This document shows positions 35,034-45,751 of a DNA stretch of 64,000 nt, piece by piece. Each line of letters opens with the position of its first letter. The first letter of the stretch is position 1. The translations under genes and the position numbers were made by a program. Location of the stretch: the NCBI GenBank assembly GCA_976551045.1, contig CDPCPM010000103.1, positions 20,398,001 to 20,462,000 on the forward strand, given 5' to 3'. The notes under the pieces were generated by a model, which had not been told where the DNA came from, did no database searches, and was given only the letters and a program-made list of their open reading frames with translations. The stretch is from Glaucostegus cemiculus. Lineage: Eukaryota.

Positions 35034-37531
35034 CACGTGTTTTTGTGTAAGAGAAAGAGCTCATTTAGAGAAAAGTACAAGAGAAACTATTATATCTTTC
35101 ATTTCAATTTACATGTAGCATTCATAACTTTAAACAGACATGCTTAATATTCCTGAACTATCAAGAGTAATAAACATTAAGATCTTCTAGGTGCCATAGT
35201 GACTCAGCTAGAGTAGGCCATTCAGCCCTTAAAGTCCATTCTTCTATCTAGTTAGGTTATGGCTGATCAGCCTCATATCTCCGTGGTCCCTTTCCTTAAT
35301 ACCCTTGCCTATTAAAAATATTATGTTCATTCGAGCCTCAGTGATCTAGTAACACTATACTGTTTTCTGGACAACAACTCTAGTCTGTACTGAACCAGCT
35401 AATTTCAGTATAGATCCATAGAATATTATATTGACCTTTGCAACCTGGGCTAGAGAGCAAAGTATCAGCCTGGAATTTCAATCCTAACTCCTATCTAGTG
35501 AAAATATTTTTCCATCATTGCTCTGTCATGGTCTGCAAATGGTAAGAGTAGTATTGATTGCAAAGAGTAGTATTTTATCTTAATTATCCTTTAGAAAGTG
35601 GTAGAGAACTGTCTTCTTGTATTACATTCCATTCCATGTATTGAAGGAACTCCCACAGTGATGTTGGTTCGGTAGTTTTAGGATTTTGACCCAGTGACAT
35701 TAAAAGACTAATAGCAGGTTTCCAAGTCATGTTGGTGCGTGATCTGGAAATGAACTTGCAGATGGTGCCCTCATATTCCTGCTGCCCTTATCTTTCTTGT
35801 TTGGCCAGAGAGGTAGCAAATGCTATTGAAGAACATTTGATAGGTTGCTGCATTGAATCTTTTCAATGGTACATTCTGCAGCCATGGTAGAGGGGATGAA
35901 GGATCAGAATAGTGGGAAGACTGCCATTCAAAGGGGTTGCCTCGTCCTGAATGGTGTCAGAGTTTTTGAGTATTGGAGCTGCACCCATCTGGAGAATATC
36001 ATCAAGTTAGTGCCTTGTAGATGCCGATAGGCTTAGGGAAACTAGGAAGTGGGTCACTTGCCATAGGATACTCAGCCCCTGACCTGTTGAAAGTGATGAC
36101 TTTCGAGGGTAAGGCGGTGCAATCTTTGGATGGAAACATCTGGTTGGTATAGTGAAGTATTTATTTAATGGTGACCCCACATCCCCATCCTGTAAGGTTG
36201 ATGGTGTGGAATTTGTGACTGGAACATTTTTGTGTTCTTGAATACTATGTCAAGGGAGTTCAGTAATACTTACTCCATTGTCCAGCACTTGAGTGGATAA
36301 ATGTAATATGCTGCTTTTCAGTCCAAGTCCGAATGTTGTCCAGATCATGCTGTATGTGGACATGGACTGCTTCATTATCTGATGAATCATGGATGGAAAT
36401 GAATACCATGCAATGAGTCAGCATTCCCAATTAAAGGTTTAACATCATACACTAAAGCACTTTCCTTGTTATCAACACTTCTCTCATTTCATCTGTACAA
36501 TTAGGTTATTTTTCTGACTAGGTTTCCAATTTACAGCACTTTTGTCATCTTATTTGTTTACTTCTTGTCTCCTTCCTGGCTCCAGGACTTTTCCTATATA
36601 CAAAATTGTAACTGTACTCAACTGTTCTGATGTCTCTATCAGTAATGGGGTATGAAGATGCTGGGGAAGATAGAGAAAATCTAGTAAAATACTTTTATTT
36701 GAACTAGGAGGTTATACCTGATGGAAAAGTTTGAAAAGGCTGTGGCTCTTTGATGTAAAAGTCCTTAATGATCATGAAAGTTTAGGTAGACCGGGAAAGG
36801 GTTTGACACACAGAGGAGATCCAAAGTAGGTTCCAATGATATAAGTTTGTCACTGATAAATCCAGTGGGGAGTTCCAGAGAAACTATTTTTCCCCAGATA
36901 ACTTGTCCTCTCCTCCCCGGTTGGGATAGAACAGTTGGGATAAAAGTTTGGGTACATTATGGGGAAACCAGATAAACACTTGAGGGATGAAGAAACAGAT
37001 ACTTAATAGAACTGGGAGATTGTAACTGGTGGAAAAGAATGAAAAGGTTGTATCTCTTTCCTGTAGAAAAGTTAAGACTGAAAGATGATCCGATAGAGGC
37101 CTTCAAAGCCATTGAAAGTGTTAGATGAAGAAAAATGGAAAGAGGGTCACATGGAACACAAAGCACTGGCATAGTCCCATTGAGTAAAAGAGCCTGTTTC
37201 TGAACTGCAAATACCAGTTTAGCTTTGTAAATATTTGGGTCCATTTGTGCAATGAGCCATGTTGTTGACATTGTGTAATTCATGATTGAATGAATGAACT
37301 GGCACAAAGAGTAGTAATGCTATGGCTTTCTGGTTTGAAAGCCGGCTGTTTTCACCTGGCTCTACAGAAATCTTAGCTTCAGTTTCTTGCAGATTACTGT
37401 GGATTATGAGCTATCAATTCAATATTATTCAGGGACAATTTGCTTCTTTTCACTGAGTTAATTGAAAATATTCACTGCTGTATTGGTCCTATTGTTGGTC
37501 TCACATCTAAAAGATCTTTGTTTTAAAATAG

Positions 37532-37642
37532 ATGATGAATAGCCAGCTTTCACAACTCCGAATAGAATGCGATGAAATAAAAGAGAAGAATAAACGGATG
37601 GAACAGAAGTTAAATCTACATAAAGGCAACTTTATTCACAAG
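37532..37642 (+). CDS. CCDC197: CCDC197 coding exon 7 (MMNSQLSQLRIECDEIKEKNKRMEQKLNLHKGNFIHK)
   Basis: Acceptor ttttaaaatAG and donor AAG|GTAAAT. 111 nt, phase 0. Confidence 0.85.
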
Positions 37643-37819
37643 GTAAATTATAAAACGACCAAGGAGAAAGTTTAAGAAATGATTAGGATGGATTTACTTT
37701 TTAGTACTATCAGAAATTTTAGTTAATAATTAAAATGAGGCATTGGAATCATTTATGTAGTTAAAAAATATCTTGCTGTGTAACTTTCAAACCTAATTTA
37801 TGTGTGGAGGGTACATTAG

Positions 37820-38155
37820 TTTAGAACATAGAACACTACAAAACAGTACAGGCCCTTTGGCCCACATTGTTGTTCCGACATTTTATCCTGCTTTAAGATC
37901 TATCTAACCCTTCCCTCCTACATTGCCCCCTATTTTTCTACCATTCATGTGTCTATCTAAGAGTTTCTTAAATATCCCTAATGTATCTGCCTCCACAACC
38001 TCTGCAGGCAGTGCATTCCATGCACCCACCACTCTCTATGTAAAACACTTACATCTGACATCCCCCTTATATCTTCCTCCAATCATCTTAAAATTATGTC
38101 CCCTCGTGTTAGCCATTGTCACCCTGGGAAAAAGTGTCTGACTGTCCACTCATTT
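37820..38155 (-). mobile_element. CR1 3' end
   Basis: Antisense tail tagaacatagaacactac...caggccctttggccca. Confidence 0.85.
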
Positions 38156-39842
38156 ATGACAAGATTATTATGAAAAGCAATACACAATGTGTCAATCTCC
38201 ACAACATTGCTCACAGTTAAAGTATTTCCTCTTTACATAATTTCCTTTGCTAATTCTGCCTTTTAACCCTTTATCTCTCCATCCTCTCTTCATATATTGT
38301 CTTTTATTTTTACTGGTTTCCTGCTTCCCCTTGCCTGACTGGGTTTTATTATTTGAATCTTGTACCTTCTGTAAATCTCTTTTGGTGTATTAACAGAGCC
38401 CAGTGTGACTGTGAGTGTATACCAGATGCACTATACCAACAAAGTACAGGCTGTGCTGAGATTAAACAAGACAGAAAATTCTGGAAATACCCAGCAGCTC
38501 AGTCAGCCCTGTGGAGAGAGAAACCAAATCAGGTCAATGACTTTAGATCAGATATTCTTCTAGAGTCCCATCTGCCAAGAGCACATTGGATATTACAGGA
38601 GGATTCCCCTTAATCTTCCACCTATTAAAATTTATTTCCATAAAATCATGCAAAATACTTTGTGATTTCTTGATGTTTAGGCTGCTGCTGTGTAAAGCAA
38701 CTGTACAAGATTGGAGACAAGAGCTGGGAAAGGCTGGGAATGCTGTAATGTGAACAGTTGAGAAAGCTGTGGCCAGGAGCCATACTAGGAAGGACATAGG
38801 TGGAAGAGATTGCTGCTGTCAGATGGGTGGGAAGGAACTGGTAAAGGGAACTGTGGCGGGAATGGAAAGAGTGCAGTTTCCAAAGCCACAGACTCTAGCA
38901 TTTAGAAGGGCAAGTGACACAGGCACATGGGAACACCATCAATTTCAAGCTCCTTCAGGTTGCCAGGTATCCTGACTTGGAAATGTATTATTGTTCCGTC
39001 ATCACTACTGGATCCATATCCTGGAACTTCGCACTCTGCAATGCTGTGCGACTGTCATTCCTGGAAAGATTGTAGTGGCTCACCACCATTTTATCAAGTG
39101 CGGGTAGGAATGGTCATCTATGCTAGCCACATCCTGTAAATGAATAATCAAAACAATGTAGTGCTAAGCCTTGGAAGTGTAATAAAAATTGGAAATAAAA
39201 ATAAACACACTGTGCTGTGGGATTGTGATGGATATTCACTTTCCAGACCCCTAAAAGGCTTCTTGCTAACCTCAGTTTTTTAGCACGGCAGCATGACCTG
39301 TCCAAAGGTCAAGAAGTGGTTGCTCATTAAGCTAAAATCCCTTTTTGCAAAAACAGCAGAAATTGTCTAAGGCTTAAGATGTTTGTTGTTTTCTAAATTA
39401 AACTTCTAACCAATATTCCCTGCTCAGCCTCTTAAAATAAACAAGAGAACAATGGGATCCACCTTTACTTAATTAAACACTCCAGTCACCTGGCTTGAAA
39501 ATGTGGTTGGAAAAAACATCACATGCCAATGATGTCAACTAAGTGAAAAAACAGTACGAATGTTAGAAAGCAGTCAGGCAGGGGGGAATGACAGAGAGAA
39601 GGGGTGATGGAACGAAGACCTAGAATTCATTCTTTAGCCTTTGGTTTTTGTGACGGACGACTTGTTTGCCTGCAACTTGTTGGTATGACATTTTAGTTTG
39701 TAAGAATTGTACTTGTGTTTGGAAATCCTTTGAAAGTTACAAGTCATTGTTAAGAATTACTTATTAGAATTAAATGTGTCTCACTCTAAGTAAAATAAAC
39801 TGTGATTAAACTACTTCATTAGCTGGAGGTATCTTCTCCTTG

Positions 39843-41040
39843 GTTGGGCATTAACACTCCTCTCTGCAACTGGATACTGGATTTTCTCACTTGCAGGCCG
39901 CAGTCAGTCAGAATCGGTGAAAACACCTCAAGCACCATCACACTGAGCACTGGCTCCCCACAGGGTTGTGTGCTCAGTCCGCTCCTGTTCACCTTGTTGA
40001 CTGTGAGGCCAGATCCAGCTCCAACCGTATTGTCAAATTTGCCGATGACACGACAGTGGTGGGTCTTGTCACGGGTGACGATGAGTCGGACTACAGAGAG
40101 GAGGTGAAACAACTAGCCGTGTGGTGCTATGACAACAACCTCTCCTTGAATGTGGATAAAACCAAGGAGATGATAGTGGATTTTAGGAAGGGTCACCGTG
40201 TGCACGCCCTGCTGACCATCAACGGGTCTGCTGTGGAACAAGTACGCAGCACCAAGTTCCTGGGGGTGCACATCACCGACGACCTGACCTGGTCCACTAA
40301 CATTACGGCCCTCATGAAGAAAGCTCAGAAACGCCTCTACTTCCTGCGGAGACTGAGGAAAGCGAACTCCCATCCCTCCATCATGAAATCCTTCTATAGA
40401 GGGACCATTGAGAGCATCCTAACCCAATGTATCACTGTTTGGTTTGGAAGCTGCTCAGCTGCTGGGCGGAAGTCCCTCCAGAGGATAGTTAGGGCTGCGG
40501 AGAGGATCATAGGTGTCTCGCTTCCATCCCTCGCAGACATATACAAAGACCATTGTGTGAGGAAGACCAAAAGCATAATGGCCGACCCTTCTCACCCCTC
40601 CCATCACCTCTTTACAATTTTGCCATCGGGGAGGAGGCTTAAATGCATCAGGGCAAGAACGACCAGGCTGAACAATTGCTTCTTTCCGCAAGCCATCAGA
40701 ACTGCAAACTCTCTCATCCCTCCATCTTCCTTGTTAACACTAAGAGATGCTAGGTGTACAGAAATGCACCAGCACTTTAAATGCCCGCCACCAGCCCGTT
40801 CACTTTAATAACTATTTATTTATTTACCGGCCATTTTTAATTTAATCTGCATATTAATTTAATTTTAACTTCCGTAGTTTTTAATGTTTAATGTTTTTTA
40901 ATGTTTATTCTGTTAAGTGTGTCTGTGTGTCTCTGTTGGTTGTTATTTAATGGGACGAGCACCTGAGGAGGACGGTATCTCGCTCCTTTGCATACTATGT
41001 ATGTATATGGTTCTGACAATAAAACTGATTCTGATTCTGA
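39843..41040 (+). mobile_element. Young 5'-truncated Rex1/Babar LINE
   Basis: [18 protein letters not shown]...PQGCVLSP...KFADDT...QKRLYFLRRL. One frameshift at ~40000. Ends with aataaa and (GATTCT)n. Confidence 0.93.
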
Positions 41041-42965
41041 AAGAGGGACCCACCACTCGAAAAAGTAATTATTGACATCTAAACCCTTCCATAGAGATTA
41101 AAGTGGTGAAGTAAACTAGTCCTTGAAGTGTAGGTTGATATAGTATAATCTCCCTATAGTGAGGGTACTCGAAGATACTTATGCCAGATAGAACTTAAAG
41201 TTTTGACTTAAGTTTAGAGCTCTTGGATAGTACACTCAATATCATCACAGATTCACTTCCAGGATCATCGTTTGAAGCTTTGGAGAGTGTGGGGTTTTGG
41301 CAGAGCCCGAGCAAGTTGCCAGGCTATGAAAGTGATGGTTGGGTAACTAGGTCTGGAGTTACTTGAGTGGATAAATATAGACTCTGCCTGTAAGTTTTCA
41401 TGCTAGTTGATCAATCAGTTAGGGTTTGAAACAGGGCAGGCAGAAGACCATCAGAGTTTGATGTAATTTACATGGAGTTATTATTTGTTTAGTGTGAGAC
41501 ACTGTTAATTCAATCCTTTGGCCCTTGTTGGAATGGGGGTGGTGGAGATCAAGGCAAGCTGAAACTGACTGTGTCAGTTGCAGTTAGACAGATTGGGAAT
41601 GATTCTGTGTCAGTCACTGGGAATGAATCCAAGTAGATTAAGCAAACTGTCAACGCAGGTTGGATTAGGCCACAGAAGAGAGCAGAGGGAAAGAATTAGC
41701 TCACTTGAATGTGGCAGAAGTGGGGCTGCAGCAAAATCACTGTGTAATCTACCCTCAAAAGGACCATTTCAGGAAGGACTTTTGTGGGGGGTGGTGGGGG
41801 TGGGGGGAGGAGGCTAGATTCATACTACTCTCAAACATGGTAGTGATACTCAGGCACCTGACCAAGGTTAGGATTCTGAACCCGATCTATCTCGAGATTT
41901 CTATACTGTGCCAACAGGTTTCTGACAATAATGAGTATTTATTTAAAATCTGTTCAATTTCTGGGATTCTTTTATTACGAGTGATTCTTTTGCTAAATTT
42001 TCAGTAGAGTTGATATTTGAGCTGACAAATCAAACTGTACTGACAAAAGTTTTAAGATGATTTTGATGATTTTCCATTGCTTGAAAAAAAAGCCACCAAT
42101 TGAATTGTTTGTTCTTCTGCTTCCTCATTGGCAATTTCCAGCTGAATCAAAATGCATTTGACTCATTTATATTCAATAATTGGATATTTCATTAACAGGC
42201 CTCCTTTTAGCAAGTCACTAATCTCTCCAGTGGATATGTGGTCTCATGAGGATTTAGCTGTTTAGCTGTTGGAGGCATGAAATGGCCAGCCCTTGTCACA
42301 GATTAATATTTTAACTATGATAATGTTTGGGAATCTGAAACAAAGCTAGAATATCATGTTAGTGATCTTGGTTTGAAAATTAGCTGTGACATAATTGCAA
42401 TGGAGACACACTCCATGTGGAAGTTTTCTCTGCTCTCTGTTGGCCAGAGAAGGTTATAATAATTTGCTTATGACACAGGAGTACTTGTACTACCCACAGA
42501 AGTGAAGGAATGCAACACATTGGCAGCAGGGTAACTTTAATCAGGAACGGGAATAAATATAATGAATTGAAAACCAATGCACAAAGGTTTTCATTCTTTT
42601 GCATACTTACCAATGCCAAGAAATCCAAAATACGAATGGAACTTTGAACCTGAGTGGAATGATAAAATGGATAGTAACAATGGAATTACCTTTCCTTTAA
42701 ATAAATGGAAGGAAACATGAACAGTGTGTAAGGTAGTTGATCTGCCACTTTCCATGAGCAAATGTTTCATCATTCAAGAGAATAAATAAAAAGGAACAAC
42801 TGAGCCTGGATTTTCTGATGGGATCTGATTAATGTAACAACGCAAGGGAGCAGCAGTTGCCATAGTGGTTGGAGATCTGCATTACTGCATCTAAATGACC
42901 CGCTGTAAATACTGGTAATTTAAGACTGTTTTTAAGGAGTGCTTTTGTTTTTGTTTTTTTCTTAG

Positions 42966-43082
42966 AGTGAAGAGTTTGGTGCCCTCCTGTTGGCAATTAA
43001 TAATCTAGCAGATCAGTGCTATGTAAAGCATTATGGGATCCTGGAAGAAATGATTATTTTGACAAAACTGGATATGGTAAAG
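42966..43082 (+). CDS. CCDC197: CCDC197 coding exon 8 (SEEFGALLLAINNLADQCYVKHYGILEEMIILTKLDMVK)
   Basis: Strong polypyrimidine acceptor ttttgttttttcttAG and donor AAG|GTCAGA. The G.LLLAI.NL..QC and KLDMVKEFI motifs are typical of the CCDC42-family C-terminus. 117 nt. Confidence 0.9.
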
Positions 43083-43129
43083 GTCAGAATATTTAAATTT
43101 GTTATCTGTCTAGAAGTTGCTTCTTCTGC

Positions 43130-43690
43130 CTCTGCATCATAAGCCATCACCATTTGTAATTCAGCTCATCTGACCTCTATCTTGCCCCGTCTTAAGTTAC
43201 CTCTGTTATTTCTAGCCTTGTCATTTCCAGTGGGTTCCCTAGACTTCCTCTCAACTTGTAACTTGCTTATCCAAAGCCCCGCTGCCAGTACCCTAACTCC
43301 CTCCCTCCAAGTCAACCATTGGCCCTGCGGTTGTTGACGTACATTGGTTCCCAATTAGGGAATGCCTTGATTTTTGAAATTCTTATCCTGATTTTTAAAT
43401 TCTTCCATGGCTTCACCATATCTGAAAACTGAATTCCCCCAGTACAGTCTGTTGTTTATCTGATTTTCATCGCCTACCATTTCCTGTCAGGTCTTCAAAT
43501 ACCAAGGTTCCAAGATTTTGAGTGTTCTCCCTAAGCCTCTTTTTATTTTATCTTTCCCTCCTTTTTGATACATTTCTTCAAAGCAACAACTTGACCAAAC
43601 TTTGCTTACCTTCCTAATACCTCCTCATGTGATTTAATTTTCTTATTTTATTTGAAAAACTCCTACAAAATACATTGGTGGTTTTACAAT
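43130..43690 (+). mobile_element. Old L2 fragment
   Basis: Similar to the L2 at 2340-2900. Confidence 0.55.
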
Positions 43691-43786
43691 GCAAATCTCT
43701 CCATAGCTTCATCTGTCTCTATAATTATCCTCCGGCCCCAGAGGCTACAATTTCTGTTTCTCTGCAAATCTGATCCATAGTGCACT

Positions 43787-44416
43787 GGAGACACAAGAGA
43801 CGGCAGATGCTGGAATATGGAGCAACAAACAAGATGTTTGTTGGAGGAACTCAGCAGGTCAGGCAGCATCTGCAGAGGGAAATGGACAGTCAGCGTTTCG
43901 GGTTGAGATCCTTCATCTGGGCTGAAAGATAAAGGGCAGATAGTCAGCATTAAATGGTGAAGGGAAGGAGTGGAGTGAGAGCTGGCAACCGATTTATGGA
44001 TCTGGGTAAGGAGGGGTGATAGGCAGATGGAGGAGGGAAGAGTGGAAATGGCGATAGAAGCTGGGAGGTAACAGGTGGAGGCAACAAGGAGCTGCAGATG
44101 ATGGAACCTGATAGGAGTGGAAGGTGGAGCATGGAAGCAATTAAGGAAGGTGGGGTGTGCAGATGTGAGCAAAGGGGGGAGGGGAACCAGTGGAAGGAGT
44201 GTGTGGGTGATGGGCGGATGGAGTGGATGGCAGGTGGAAAGGAACAGGGTGATGGGGGACTGGATTGGGTGTAAGAGGAATTGGGTAGATCAGGAAGAAA
44301 GAGAAAAGGGACAAAGGGGGAGCAGCTTACCTGAAGTTGGAGAATTCAATATTCATGCCATCAGGTTGTAGACTAACCAGGCGGAATATGAGGTGCTCTT
44401 CCTCTAGTTTTCACTT
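43787..44416 (-). mobile_element. Penelope-like element 3' terminal fragment
   Basis: The minus strand encodes EEHLIFRLVSLQPDGMNIEFSNFR. Terminal repeat with a degenerate hammerhead at 43887-43924. Confidence 0.85.
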
Positions 44417-45079
44417 CTGCCTTCCAGTACTTCACCACTGCCTTTTATTGGCCTGAGATTTAAAAGTTCATCTTTAAAACCCATTACAATCCATGGGACC
44501 AGGAAGAGTCTCTTGGGCCTTTTCCACAGTTCACTAAGATTGTGACTGATCTATATTTTCATCTACTTGCCTTCACCCATTTTACCTCCTTCTCCTCCCT
44601 CAATATATTCTTAAAATCCATCTCTTAAACCAAGTAGTGGTGTTTTGTCTAACTTTTCCTAATGTGGTACAATGTTTATTGTACAGTGCTCACTACGGGT
44701 TGTAGACATGTGCCCTTAAATATTAAGTGGGAAGGAGTATGGCTGGGATGGCTCTTATCTTTAAATCGGTTACCATCTATAATTGAACATAACAGTGGTT
44801 TGCTTACAAGCAATTTGAACCTAGGTTTTCCTGAGTAGAAGATATAAATAGTCGCAGAGGGTACTCAATCTAAGTAACTAAACATATTCAAAATAATGCA
44901 TTGGAGCTCAGGGCCTGTAAGTTCCTTACAGAAACTACCAAAAGATATTTGTGTATATGTCATTGAATTTTGCTAAATGAAGTCTTGTAATAATCTGAAA
45001 TAATGAACTCTATAGAAATGTTCAGAGGTATACTTACTATAATATTTTAAAAGCTAATTTCTTTTGCTGTTATTAACAG

Positions 45080-45286
45080 GAATTCATCATGGAAAAGAAA
45101 ATGATTACCCAAATGACAGCAGACTTGGATTCAACCACATCCACTGGCACCTCAGACCGAATTCAGAATAAACCAGGAATAACTAACAAAACAAAACAAC
45201 AGACCAATACATCACTTGTAACTTCTAACAAAATGGTAGCCCACCAAAAGAATAAAAAAAGGCCAACAAACCCCAATGCTCGATAA
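45080..45286 (+). CDS. CCDC197: CCDC197 terminal coding exon 9 (EFIMEKKMITQ...RPTNPNAR*)
   Basis: Acceptor gttattaacAG. Open to TAA at 45284-45286. The nine exons sum to 1179 nt (392 aa plus stop). Confidence 0.85.
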   Translation, partial: EFIMEKKMITQMTADLDSTTSTGTSDRIQNKPGITNKTKQQTNTSLVTSNKMVAHQKNKKRPTNPNAR

Positions 45287-45455
45287 GCAGTCTAAACATC
45301 TTTGTTTCAAAAGAGAATCTGATATTTGCCATTGATCTCTAGAGACTATTGATATGCCTGTTAATGATAAGGGAGAAGTGATTGACAATGGAAAGAGATG
45401 CAGCGTAGTTACTTTATGTGACAGCATTCAAGAATGAAGTAATGCTGACTGGTAC

Positions 45456-45751
45456 AATAAAAACTTTCTTGCTCACAAAAGGCATCTCAAAAATTTGCAC
45501 CAGAGCTCCAGCAACAAGTTTTTTCAATAATAGCTCTTTGAATACCACATAGTTGATAGCTGACATGTTTATGAGTGGAACATACTGGACAATAACATCT
45601 AATTTTGTGTATGTGTTAGCTTATTTGTATCACAGTTGCATATATTTGAAAAAAAAACAATTGAATGGCAAAGGTATGTTAACTAATGTAATGAGACATG
45701 CAATACCACTTTTTTTCTCTTTCAGTATCTTGCTGAAATGTGAATAATAAA
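45456..45751 (+). terminator. Candidate CCDC197 polyadenylation signals
   Basis: AATAAA at 45456-45461 and 45746-45751, downstream of the stop codon. Confidence 0.5.
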
